A DNA stretch of 64,000 nucleotides from Phoronis australis. Its lineage: Eukaryota > Animalia > Phoronida. Both the position numbers and the translations under genes were made by a program. The DNA lies in contig NMRA01000314.1 in the NCBI GenBank assembly GCA_002633005.1, positions 93,362 to 157,361 of the forward strand. Reading direction: 5' to 3'. The notes under the pieces were generated by a model, which had not been told where the DNA came from, searched no databases, and saw only the letters and a list, made by a program, of their open reading frames with translations. Numbering within the stretch: position 1 is the first letter of the stretch; every line of letters begins with the position of its first letter. Below, one piece after another: positions 52,001-63,000 of this stretch.

Positions 52001-55000
52001 ATAACATTCGTTCTTCTTCGGGTGAGAAGTGATTTCTGGGCTCACAAAGAAATAATAGTTCGTCATTCCTGAAGACCATGCTAGGTGCATTGAATACCAA
52101 CTTGATAGAGCCTGGTCTCAAGTAACAACGAGAATTACTTCTTTTGAAGTCCAGAAATCACATCCAATTTGACTAAGGAAAATTTTGAGACCCAAACTTT
52201 GAAGTAGTCTAAATCAAAAGTTGTTTTTGTGCTGGAAGACTGGTTCATAGGCACGAAGTTGGCACTTTGTATGATTTAAAGCCAGATTCCGACCTTCTTA
52301 GCTTGCCAATAACATTAAAAACCAGGTTAGGTCAGGTTTGATAACAACCTATTAAGTGAACTGGCGAGTGACAGCTTCGCGTGGTACTCATTAGTTCTTT
52401 GAACTTTTTTCGAATAAACGAAGTCAACATTTGATCTGTTTTGTTTTATACCCAATATCGAAGTCTCGACCTTTTGTAAACTATTTCCTTGTTCTGGAGA
52501 GCATTTTTGATGCGAAAGTTGGAACCCTTCAGACAACGAGAAATTCAGAAAAAATCTAGTTGCTAATGACATACTAGCTCTAATTTTTTAAAATTGGGAG
52601 AGCCCGGCTATTTGGAATATTGACTCTGCCATGGAATCAGGGAAGTTGCGAATTTGAGACTGCGCAGAAAAATGCTGAAGTCTAATTTTTTGACATTTCT
52701 GACACCTCAATTATTCCAGAGGCAAAAATACATGGCTTTGTTGGATACCTTTATCCATGAGAATGCATCGTGTGTGATTTCGAGAGATTATGCATTTCTC
52801 AAGTGTCTTGAAACAGAGTGGTTACAACAGCTTTTCTTGATTGACCCAGTTCCTCTCTACTGTACTTTTGAAAACAAAGTTGACAAAATTTCTTCTGCAG
52901 GAAATTCGGTGAAATTTCACAAAAATATAGCCGACTTTTTACAAATGACCAAGTGTCATTTCCACCAGGTTTCTTTCTCAGTTTTTGTCATAACTTTGCC
53001 TAGTATCCATGAAATTTATCACTTTATAACCAGCAACAAACGACAAGCACACACACTTACCAATGGCAAGCACAACCTTGGCAAAAGCCGTGTTGTCTGT
53101 GACAATCTTGCATAACTCTGGAAAGTGCCAACCATACCACTCACGCGCTCTCATAATGTAATTGTTTAACTCTTTGTCCAAGTCGTCCAGAAGGGCTGAA
53201 AAGGCAGGTGGGCTAATAATTAATCCACACACAATAACATTGCACACATTCGTACAAATATGCAGTGAAATATGGCGTCTCATACATACACAGTAGTAAA
53301 TACGTTTCATTTAATTTTGCACAATGTCTGTTCACTGAGTGAAGTCATTCCTTACAACTCAAGATCAGACCAGAACAGCTAGCAAGTTACCACACTACAA
53401 GGTCATGTTTCACGTGAAAAGCTACCTTCGTTATCAAGGACAACACTTCTTTAACAACTTTACAAGTATCAATGATAGATCCATAAAACTATACATTTTT
53501 ATAATCCTTAGTGACCAATATTATGCGCACAAAAGTAAAGCTTACGCATATGTAATCAAGTGACTTCATTTTCTTCTAACCGGAAAATTCACCTACGTGA
53601 GATTTATTAATATGAAACTTGCAAATTCTGTTTCTTTATAGACTATTCTATTGGCCCTCTGCAGTAGAGTTATCTCCCTTGCCGCTAGTGCTGAACACCA
53701 TTGGGATGTACCTAATGTTCTCAGCACCTAATGGGAGACTGGTCAGGTAATCAATGAATGGCACCTTAAAAACGGCACGAAGAAAGTTCTACTCTTAGCT
53801 ACAAAAGCGTGTCCGAGGTTTTGTTTGAAGGTTTTTAGCTAGAGAGCTTGGGTGTCAAAAATCAAGACGGTTTTTTTTCAAGGAATGCTGATGTCTTCTT
53901 ATTTGGCAGCAGGATTTCTTGGGCATTCAAAGAAAATCTTAGACAAATTTTTGTAGTAGAGAAGATAATAAAAAAACGTAATGTGCAAGTTCAATGTGAA
54001 AAAATCATGAACGTGGAACAGATTTTTTAGCGAATAGTCACATGATTACGAAGGTCCGAACATTATGTTAGCTCACTTAAGATTCTGTGTTCAGTGACTT
54101 AGGGAATATGTAGTTTTATGGGTGTACCATGCATACTTAAAAATTACGTAATGAATTTGATCCATTACATTAAAACCGTATAAAATTATGCATGTTCTGA
54201 TTCTCAAAAAGATTGTTTTTGTTTTCAGGAGTCCTTTAAGATGCACTAGTTGAAAGTTACAACAGTACAGTTATCATTCAAACAAATGAGATTAAGACAA
54301 GATTGATGGAGAGCCAGGATAATGGGAACGGGTGGAATGAAAGGAAAATGACTCAATTCACGGAGCTGAGATTTCAAATAACATTTACATATTTCAGCAG
54401 TAGATGACGTAATTTTAATCATTTTTGTTTTTAATTGTGAAAAAGTAAGAATATCCATCACTATGGCCACAAATCGATCAATGATTGTTTTGTGAAGACA
54501 AGTTGATTTCGTAGTCATTCTTTCAGAATGTGGCACTGTTCCCTTTCTGGTTTAGACAAATAATAAACTAGTGTGCAGGAAGACATCGGTAAAATGCTGC
54601 TGCAGCAGAACTCGATAGAAACTTTAAGGAAATTTCCAGATCGTTTTAAAGTCACTCATCACTTTGAAATAGTGAAACGGAATTGATCAATTTTCAAAAC
54701 GGAATTTTATATTTACAAAAAATTGTTTTCGAACGAAAAACCAGGGTTAATGCATTTAGAAAATATTGAGGATACAAGCCCCCTGGACTAAATGCTGGTA
54801 AGCTTGGTATCAAAAATAACTGATACAGTTTAAGCCACTTATAACGAACATTCCCGTCAAAATATTGTCACGGTCACGTGCCCATATATTGAACATTCCC
54901 CTTCACTATTCATTCTAAACGAAAGTCTAAGGAAACCGAGTCAATATGTACATTACACAGTTGTCTCGGGACTTCTGAAATGCAACACAAAGAATTTTTA

Positions 55001-58000
55001 ATGCTGCTTGCTCGAGAGCGTCAAGACTGCGCTCCTAAACTTACATATTGCCTGAACGATCATGGTGTCCACTTTATCTGGGCTGAACTTGAGTTTGTAA
55101 CGAGAGAGGCTGGAAAGAAAAGTAAACTAGCATGACAAACACCAGAGGGGGCAGCGAATCTTTTTCTGAGAGCACCAGGGAACTTGTGTCTAGTGCATGT
55201 CGCGATCCAACACAATAAGATCACGAAACAAGATTAAATGCACAACGAGCAAGCCAAAGCGTTGATATGCGCCTACGACTGCACCACAAACAGTATGTTT
55301 CTACGATTGTTTACTTTCTTTTATTCGGGTTTAAATTTATTCATGTATGCTTATGGCATTGATTTCTAGTATCATAAAAATGACCACTAAAAGATGCAAA
55401 ATATCTCAAACCCATCCAAAAATGGTGAAGTATCAATACATTTTTATAAAAAACTATTTGCTATTTGCCAAATTTCACGAAAATCCACCTGGGCACTCTG
55501 AAGATAGAGAAGCCAACATAAAAAACAGAACTGCCACAAGGGGGCACAGCAGCAGTTGGAACCGTCCGAAAGAAGTTGCCACTTGTTGCCACATTTATAG
55601 TACCCTTGACATATTTCACAAAGATCCTACAAGCGCTTAGGAGATACAGCAGTAGATCCAAAAAAACAAAGCTGTTACTAAGGGCGTTACACCCATCCGA
55701 AAATCAACGTTACTCGTGCTGCCAATTTTCTTAGTGATCTTTTGAGCACATTGGTGACTACAGAAACACCTTCGCCTGGGTCAAACACTGGGATATCAGC
55801 CAAATTTCATTAACATGCATCCACAAAATTTGTATATGAGAGTACATAAAACAGAGACGGTCATTTGGAAATAGTTAGTGGTCAGGTCGCCTCCTGATAT
55901 CTATTGCCTGCGTATCCTCAGCAGGTATAACATCAGAGGGTACGATATCAAGAATGAGCATATGATCAGAGGGTTTAATATCAACAGTGACCACATGACC
56001 AAAGGGTGTGATATCAAAACTATGAGCATATGATCCAGTGGGTGATATCAACAATGAGCATATGATCTGAGGGTCAGGGCTTGGAATGACCAATGACAAA
56101 AAACGCGGAAACTTTGAAACTTTTATGGCCCAAATCATCGCCCGATAACCAGCCTAGAACTGGTCAATGTGAACCTTTCCCCGACAAAAATCGGGAGGAC
56201 TAAAAAAAAAACGTTACCACCATCAGTAGCATGCGTCTGCGTCCTTTTAGCTCGCCCGTCTACTCCCAACCCACACATTTTTGGCTGCAGAGCGGTAGTA
56301 TTTGTCGCCGCGCTTAACAATAACACGAGACGCCATTGAAAATCGCACCACGCTATCCCAGATGCCCCGGCAATGTTGACAATTTACGTTCCTCCGAACA
56401 TAAAGAGCAACTTCCGCTTTTCGAGGTGAACGTCGTCTGCAACGCCGCGGTAAGAAAGGAATTTGCCGCNTCCAGTGGGTATGATATCAACAATGAGCAT
56501 ATGATCTGAGGGTATGATATCAACAACGAGCATGTGATCCAGTGGGTATGATATCAACAATGAGCATATGATCTGAGGGTATGATATCAACAACGAGCAT
56601 GTGATCCAGTGGGTATGATATCAACAATGAGCATATGATCTGAGGGTATGATATCAACAACGAGCATGTGATCCAGTGGGTATGATATCAACAATGAGCA
56701 TATGATCTGAGGGTATGATATCAACAACGAGCATGTGATCCAGTGGGTATGATATCAACAATGAGCATATGATCTGAGGGTATGATATCAACAACGAGCA
56801 TGTGATCCAGTGGGTATGATATCAACAATGAGCATATGATCTGAGGGTATGATATCAACAACGAGCATGTGATCCAGTGGGTATGATATCAACAATGAGC
56901 ATATGATCTGAGGGTATGATATCAACAACGAGCATGTGATCCAGTGGGTATGATATCAACAATGAGCATATGATCTGAGGGTATGATATCAACAACGAGC
57001 ATGTGATCCAGTGGGTATGATATCAACAATGAGCATATGATCTGAGGGTATGATATCAACAACGAGCATGTGATCCAGTGGGTATGATATCAACAATGAG
57101 CATATGATCTGAGGGTATGATATCAACAACGAGCATGTGATCCAGTGGGTATGATATCAACAACGAGCATGTGATCCAGTGGGTATATCAACAACGAGCA
57201 TGTGATCAGAGGGTATGATATCAACAATACTATCACGGGACATAACATCAGTGGACAAGTATTAAGCGATATCCATACACTGTCTTCTATAACTCTGGCT
57301 GAACAAACTGAGAAAATATAATGTTCCGTCTGTGGCGAAGGATTCTGCACAGGGCATAACGAGCGAGCATGAACAGTGTAAGTGAACCTTGCCAATTTAT
57401 TCACATGAAGGAGTCTTAACAACTATCAGCCACCTTTCCCTCTTAAACTAATTGGACAAGGCTTTAATCTACCAACCTGTGAGCGAGACCCAGAGCGAAT
57501 GCCGACATCTCCTTCTCAGGAAGACCGGAGATAAGACTGTTCATTTGCAGACGTATGCCTCGCATTAGTTCCTGGACGGCCGAGTTGCTCACACACTGCA
57601 GTTCCAGTTTATTCTGCGTCAAGAAAACAAATCTAGAGGACTGAGCAATGACATCTGTTTGCTCAAAGTACTTTGAACGCGCATGATATGAAATGCTGGT
57701 GAAAGGGCATTTCCGTCATCGGTGTCCCTTTCAAAAATAAAACATTTTTGCAAATAACAAATGGTCAGGTGACATGAGTATGAATACATTTGTCTCCACT
57801 CCTGCTTTCAGAAAATATCTGCTAGTCAAATTACAGTTTTCGAATCACCCCAACCCTAAGTAAACAATTTACATAGGTGCGTGCAAACACCATTACTCTG
57901 ATAAGTTTCTCGGTCAGCTCCTCGTTTTTTCACGAGGCAAAAACAGTTTAAGCCCACGTTGAATACCTTACCTACTTCAGCACCCGGATAATGACAGTAT

Positions 58001-60140
58001 GTCGTCAATCAGTACAACATCGGTTCACACTTACTCCTTGAATTGCCTCAGGTATCCTTTTCTACCTAATAGCTGCATTAAGGGATCCCTTGGGGAGCCT
58101 CATTTACCTCCAATACAGTTGCTGTATGTTGCACCTGCTCACCTTAATAGCTTTACCCAGAGCTGCATCTGAGACAGCTAGCTCCTCATGAGCCTCTTTC
58201 AGCACTACTTTCTTGAGCACTTTCTTCAGTGACTTGCCCATCTTCCCCTCAACAGCCGCCGTGGCAGCTGGAAATGACAGTGACACAGTGCCTCGTAAGT
58301 AGGATAAGTGACTTCAAAGCATATACGAAACGGGAAATTAACGCCAATGCGGCCGACACGGGACAGTCAAACTATGAAACACCAGGTTAATTTTATTCAC
58401 TTACGTTTACCACAGTCTCAGAGGTAGTGACGACAACTGTTTGTGGCATCAGATGTCAGATACAATTTTCTACATCATAAACTGTGGAACCAGGAATACA
58501 GCAAAATACAAAATCACGCCAGTTACAAGGAAAACACGCCTGGCCATATGTTCGCGTATTTAAGCAACAGTTAAAAAAGTTACGTTGAAGTATTTTTACA
58601 ACATTCGTAGCATCACTGTACATGCCCTCGTATAACATAAAGATAGTTAAACTAAACATACTTATGACTCGTGCACAATTATCCCTGTTTTTATGGGCGT
58701 ATAAATTGTACAATTTTTTTCTTTCCCCACTGATGCCTGAGTGGCGTGACTTTTCAAGCCAAGTGTCAAGCCTGTCCAAGTACTGGACAAGGGAAAATTC
58801 ACCGTACTCGTGTATAACTCATGCTAGCGTGACACAAAACCAGTCCACACGAGCAATTCCATAACCTACCAGCTAGGGCTTCGGTGGTGTCATGGAACTT
58901 GGCAAAGTGCTTCAGTTTCACCCTGTAAGAAGTAGAAAAAGACTTAGTGCACTACACCCTGTAGACACAGTTGCATTTTGTATATACACAGCACTGTAGA
59001 GAGTACAGGGTGGGTTGAAGTCAATTGGCCTCAGAGGTAGTGACGAATGATTATTGTTCTGACATCACCAGTATCAGACAGAGAGCTTCCATCATAGGCC
59101 AGACTAAAGAATGCATTTTATCCCTTGGGTGGCACATACACAACTCAAGTTTTCACGGTACAAAAACATATAGCTCAACCATCCAATGTTCATACAACGT
59201 AAAACACATGTCGTTGTCATTGTCATTCGTCTTCGCAGAAACAAAGCCACCGTGTTGTGCAACAGAACACACTATCTTCACAGTTGACAGCCATATTTGC
59301 TCCTACAAAACAACGCCAACGTATTCTCATCTCTTAAATGAAAGTGGCGACAATGTAACGTCTGGAGTTCCCCGGACGACTATATTAATTCAGTGGCTCA
59401 AACTACAGTAATAAGCCACGAGACTGGTCTGGAGCTATACCCAACAGTCATTTCTTCTCGAGTTCAAAAATCATTTCTAATCGAAGTAGGGAATCAGACA
59501 AGATGAATTTTGTAACGGCAAGCTGCCCAATTCTGAAGCATTTTTTGAAAGAATCTGGCTCATTAAACTGCACAGACATGGAGAAATGAATATGAGTTGA
59601 CTGCAATGTTATCGCCACCCACTGCTAATAGGGGGCAAAGGTCGTATGGAGACTAGCATCTACACCAAGCCTGTTTAATGAACCACCCGAAAACTTTATG
59701 TGCAGGGTTTGGTTTTACACATTTTTGCTGCGTCAGACAAATACATAGGCAACTGTGTTAAAAATCCTATATCCGGTCGCTTTCATAATTAAACGCACCA
59801 CTGTGGTGATATTTCATATTTATATTTATTTGAGAGAAATTTGTGTACTTTCCTAGCAGAGACGCAACAGGGCTTATAGATAAGATAGTGACATGACCAC
59901 CAAGAATATGAATTGTGACATGAACACGGAGGTCACATTGGTTTGGAAGTGCAAACAAGCCTCTGAAGGACTGTCTTAACGTCCAAACTCCACGTGCTTC
60001 GATAGCTCAACTTCACAAGGCTGCACCAAGTGCACTGTTGAACTACAGCATGGATTGACTCACACTTTGCTTGCCTTCTCTGGTGACTCAAACTCACTGA
60101 AGAGGTCGCCAGCTGATTGCAGTTTCTTCTCATCAAGCAG
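43002..60140 (-). CDS. NOP58: Nucleolar protein 58 (box C/D snoRNP core), spliced gene, 13 coding exons in window, first coding exon not located
   Basis: Exons 60140-60064, 58922-58870, 58267-58143, 57613-57477, 55109-55045, 53195-53061, 50982-50837, 49426-49136, 48710-48576, 48248-48187, 45706-45585, 43817-43737 and 43084-43002 total 1512 nt with compatible phases and GT-AG ends. Motifs [38 protein letters not shown] and [26 protein letters not shown], plus a lysine-rich tail. Confidence 0.97.
43737..43817 (-). CDS. NOP58: NOP58 lysine-rich tail exon ([27 protein letters not shown])
   Basis: 81 nt, phase 1-1; ttacag| and |gtgggt. Confidence 0.8.
43907..44646 (-). mobile_element. HINE-family copy in a NOP58 intron (internally deleted)
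   Basis: Starts AACAAGAGCAAC, ends GTGGGCGCATAA with a terminal hairpin, and shares the internal repeat units of 39042-41026. Confidence 0.75.
45585..45706 (-). CDS. NOP58: NOP58 exon ([23 protein letters not shown]...KKIKVEE)
   Basis: 122 nt; ccttag| and |gtacaa; matches NOP58 EVKTYDPSGDSTLP..KKRK. Confidence 0.9.
46376..46580. repeat. 40-bp minisatellite, 5 copies
   Basis: Unit GTTTGCTTTCCTTTTGAAGTAGTACACAGTAAAAAACAAG; the (C/T)TTTCCTTTT block recurs at 46381, 46421, 46461, 46501 and 46541. Confidence 0.92.
46760..47152 (+). mobile_element. tRNA-derived SINE
   Basis: A box TGGCCTAGTG and B box GGTTCGAGTCC (head about 46760-46835). The tail AAGCGTTTTGA...CATAAAATGAGCATTATGATATT resembles L2-derived SINE ends; a 59-bp tail segment is triplicated. 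Confidence 0.65.
46865..47730. repeat. Near-identical direct duplication flanking an N (probable haplotype overlap)
   Basis: 46865-47344 versus 47369-47730 differ by a few substitutions and by 3 versus 1 copies of a 59-bp unit; N at 47345. Confidence 0.8.
47681..48152. mobile_element. Kolobok-like non-autonomous DNA transposon
   Basis: TTAA-AGAGGCATGGAATGTGA...TCACATTCCGGGCCTCT-TTAA. RR/YY termini with a TTAA TSD are diagnostic of Kolobok. Confidence 0.8.
48187..48248 (-). CDS. NOP58: NOP58 exon ([21 protein letters not shown])
   Basis: 62 nt; cttcag| and |gtaaga. Confidence 0.92.
48576..48710 (-). CDS. NOP58: NOP58 exon ([21 protein letters not shown]...[15 protein letters not shown])
   Basis: 135 nt; ttgtag| and |gtgagt. 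Confidence 0.95.
49136..49426 (-). CDS. NOP58: NOP58 exon, Nop domain ([26 protein letters not shown]...[10 protein letters not shown])
   Basis: 291 nt; ttgcag| and |gttagt. Confidence 0.97.
49511..49877. repeat. 61-bp minisatellite, about 6 copies
   Basis: Units begin at 49511, 49572, 49633, 49694, 49755 and 49816 (ACACCAAGTGTATTGA.GTTGTCAGCTTAA...). Confidence 0.92.
50409..50778. repeat. 19-bp minisatellite (CAGCACAGTGTGGTGATGT)n
   Basis: About 19 direct copies ending about 60 nt from a NOP58 donor site. Confidence 0.92.
50837..50982 (-). CDS. NOP58: NOP58 exon ([19 protein letters not shown]...[13 protein letters not shown]...LCEQ)
   Basis: 146 nt; ttgtag| and |gtgagg. Confidence 0.96.
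51130..51810 (-). mobile_element. Degenerate HINE-family copy in a NOP58 intron
   Basis: Recognisable subunits (AAATTGCCAC, GGAGATACAGC, CAAAAACAGACTCAAAAA) of the same family; ends approximate. Confidence 0.65.
53061..53195 (-). CDS. NOP58: NOP58 exon ([27 protein letters not shown]...VLAI)
   Basis: 135 nt; tttcag| and |gtaagt. Confidence 0.96.
55045..55109 (-). CDS. NOP58: NOP58 exon ([21 protein letters not shown])
   Basis: 65 nt; ttccag| and |gtaagt. Confidence 0.95.
55243..55870 (-). mobile_element. Degenerate HINE-family copy in a NOP58 intron
   Basis: Left end AACGAGCAAGCCAAAGCGTTGATATGCGCCTAC resembles the family terminus, and internal subunits are present; ends approximate. Confidence 0.6.
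56471..57228. repeat. 67-bp (34+33) dimeric minisatellite, about 11 copies
   Basis: TCCAGTGGGTATGATATCAACAATGAGCATATGA + TCTGAGGGTATGATATCAACAACGAGCATGTGA alternate near-perfectly; diverged monomers at about 55930-56074. Confidence 0.93.
57477..57613 (-). CDS. NOP58: NOP58 exon ([24 protein letters not shown]...ALGLAHS)
   Basis: 137 nt; acgcag| and |gttggt. Confidence 0.94.
58143..58267 (-). CDS. NOP58: NOP58 exon ([19 protein letters not shown]...DAALGKAIK)
   Basis: 125 nt; ttccag| and |gtgagc. Confidence 0.94.
58410..58487 (-). ncRNA. SNORD70: Box C/D snoRNA, second SNORD70-like copy
   Basis: Minus strand reads CCACAGTTT-ATGATGT (C)...CTGA (D')-CAT-CTGATGC (C')...TCGTCACTACCT-CTGA (D)-GACTGTGG. 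It has a 7-bp terminal stem CCACAGT/ACTGTGG and the same 18S guide. Confidence 0.9.
58870..58922 (-). CDS. NOP58: NOP58 exon ([17 protein letters not shown])
   Basis: 53 nt; ttacag| and |gtaggt. Confidence 0.93.
59026..59101 (-). ncRNA. SNORD70: Box C/D snoRNA, SNORD70-like (guide for the 18S rRNA Am512-equivalent site)
   Basis: Minus strand reads TGGCCT-ATGATGG (box C variant)...CTGA (D')...GTGATGT (C')...TTCGTCACTACCT-CTGA (D)-GGCCA, with a terminal stem. The 13-nt guide is complementary to conserved 18S AGGUAGUGACGAA. It lies about 105 nt from the acceptor of a NOP58 intron. Confidence 0.9.
60064..60140 (-). CDS. NOP58: NOP58 exon ([26 protein letters not shown]), equivalent to coding exon 2
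   Basis: 77 nt; ttgcag| acceptor and |gtgagt donor; matches the NOP58 N-terminal VLNEKKLQ...FETPEKA region. Confidence 0.9.
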
Positions 60141-63000
60141 CTGCAACAAAGAACAGAGAATATTGCAACACTTCACCTATTGACCTATGGCAAGCTCCGC
60201 CCCCTTGCCTAAGGTCAACTAACAAACAAGTAAGCGAAAGCAAGCTCAGATTTAAATACAAGTGCAATATGTCAACACACGGACTGAGCCTCCCAGCAAG
60301 CGCAGGGTGTGTGCTTTTCTAATTCAAATGCAATCTCTCCTATGGTGTTAATTGCTAATCTTGTACATAGTATTTTAAACTTTGGGATAATTTAATAGTT
60401 ATTTATTTCGTAAATTATGTATTTGGTTGTCGGTTTTTAGGCCTTCAGCTAACGTTTTTCTCTTGATTTACCTTAACCAACTATACATTGACCTGGCTTG
60501 ACTTGGCGTCAACAAGAGGTCAAGCTAAGCATCAAGCGACACTGGACGTTATTCAGTGGATGAAACTGGTTCTCAAAATCAGGAATCACTATATCCAACC
60601 AGTGCTGGCAGAAGTGTGGATTGCTCTGAAACCCCCTCGACCCCCACACCCCTCAACCCAGTCTACACAAGCTCGACTCGACCTGAACATAGAAAAAGCG
60701 CCGACTTGTAGGACCAATGAGTTGAGCCGTGAGCTTGGCTGGCTTTTCCCTGTTTTTTTTTGCAATTAAGGCAATCGATTCAGCAAGTTTGAAATCCTAA
60801 AGCAGAATGAAAACAAAAAATCAAATCAAAGACCTACCAACGTAACAAAATGTCTTTCCCGGCAGAGTGTAATCGTCTCGTCTGCTCTTCAGTGAATTGC
60901 AGATTCAACTTTTTGCGAAGAGTGCAAGGAACCAACCAGTAAATACAGATTGAAAACACAAATTTTAACTAAAAAGTATTTCAACGTTATATGGACTATA
61001 TTGTAAATGAGTATACAATATATGGCAAATAATCAAAAGGTGAAATTATGTACAATCCCGTTAATGTACTCTCTCCTCAAGTTTTTTAGAACTGAGCCAT
61101 TGATAGCCACTCGTGGAACTATTTCCGTGACAACGATAGCGCGCTCACAATGTGCTATTCAAGACCACCGGCATTCTCACATCACTGTTTTTAATCACCT
61201 GACTTCAGCCAAAGCAGACTCATGCGTAGGTATGTCTTAGGGAAAGTCACCCAGTGACATAGGCAATAGCTCACTTGCGAATTTCCAGTTAGTCAATGTG
61301 ATGTCACCGGAAGAGGGGCAAAACCCGCCATATTGTTCTTGTTTTGCCCCGAGTCTTTGCTACACACGCAAAATCTTACTGGAGTTCTTATGGTGAACTT
61401 TACGTTTAAAACGTTAACACGATTTAAGGGAAGGTCTATGGATCGTGGAATAACTGTGAATGGATGAAGTAAATGTGAACTTGTTATGTTGTGCGAAGCT
61501 GTGAACGGACTGAAATTGGAACTTGACCCGGTCTAGGCCTGAATGCCGCAGGCATACTGCCGCAGGCATACAGGAGAGACTCGCTGGTCCCGTGTGTGCA
61601 ACGTTTCTGATTGGCTAGTCGAATTCTCAACAGGCAGTGCTTTACACAAACAAACTGGCACAACTGATGGACTGCAGTGTAAATGTGGTCTGTTGGGTAG
61701 AAAAATCGGTGTTTAAAATTTACGTTCAGGAAATGTGAATCTTAGAAATTGTGGTTGCGCCTTTTCGGAGAGCATCTTTCTACTGTCATTGACTTTTGTT
61801 CACGATACTATCCTGTACTCACATAGTATGAATAACACACCATTTAATCAGCCAGATATGTGTTTATTGTACATGTACAGGCTTCAAGCACGCCGCTATT
61901 AAACATCACTGTAGAAGCGAAATAGTTGCTGCGATGCCACTTGCATGACAAGGCTAAAAATCGTTCACAGTCCGCCATTTTTTCACGGTGTTGTAAAGCT
62001 GGCCAATGACTGTTGAGGTTACAACAACCAATGCTAAAGCGCGTGCCACTGCGTGTTGGCTAGGCACGTAGGGGACCAGCGAGACAGGGGCGATAATAGA
62101 TACCCATAAAATGTTACTCATTTCAAAACACAGCAAATAAAATCCATGGAAACATGCAAATGTGCACATGGAGTTATAATTAGCACATACCCTGATTCTG
62201 GATACAATTTAGTCTACAAATAACTTGAACATATCCATGAAAACCTCGTGGTTCGCCGCTAGAGTTCGGCGCTCAGCGGGCGCCATTTTGAGGAAGTTAC
62301 GTGAAATCACGCATGTTGACGAACATAAAGTCCAAGGGACACAAATCTTACAAATTTCACCTGATACCTATCCCATGCTATTTTGCAAGTGTCACGCACT
62401 TCGCTGAAGTCTCGTGCTAGCCTTTGCCTAACTCACGTGACTCAGTTGAAATACTTTGTGGTTATCACACGTGTAACGAAAAATTTAACGGTGACCAAAA
62501 AAGTAGAGTTGGAATTCTTCGCCAAAGACAAGTCACCTTAATTCTCGCAACTAAGCTTCATCAAAGATATGTGTAGACACTGTAAAATAGAAAGGACCAC
62601 TGAAGAAAGTGAGCGCTTTTTTAAGTGATGGGTTTAAGTGTAGAATGTATTTTTATGAGGTGAAAACTCTTAATCAGAGACCGGATTTGGCCTGCCACCC
62701 GTTTAAAGTACACAGGACAAAATTCGTACAGAAAGCGATGGGAAGTATTTATTGTAGTAGCCCCTAACCAGTCAACCGAGGGGCTACCAGTAACGTAACT
62801 AACAAGCGCACAGATAACTCTATTGCCACAGGTCGTGGGTTGAGGGGGACGTGGATCGGGTGTGGGGGTCGATGGGGTTTCAGAACAATCCCAGACACAA
62901 GCAAAACTCACAGGCTTTATCAGCTTCTGATCGTCCCCAATTAGTTAATACACTATATATATAAGAAATTCTTCGGTTGCTTCACTTCAGCCGTCTATAG

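Noticed and set aside
49511-57228. Regular repeat arrays (61, 19 and 67 bp) as possible CRISPR arrays
   Set aside because: Head-to-tail units with no unique spacers, no cas genes, and located in eukaryotic introns.
57961-58140. Extra donor-like sites and CTGA motifs suggesting NOP56/SNORD86-style autoregulatory splicing
   Set aside because: No credible box C, terminal stem or guide; donor-like motifs alone are common.
59078-59088. D' guide of the first SNORD70-like RNA as a U6 ACAGAGA-box guide
   Set aside because: Only 7 contiguous base pairs, and not shared by the second copy.
62209-62286. Short minus-strand ORF MAPAERRTLAANHEVFMDMFKLFVD as the NOP58 start
   Set aside because: It stops before the nearby donor site and does not match the conserved NOP58 N-terminus.
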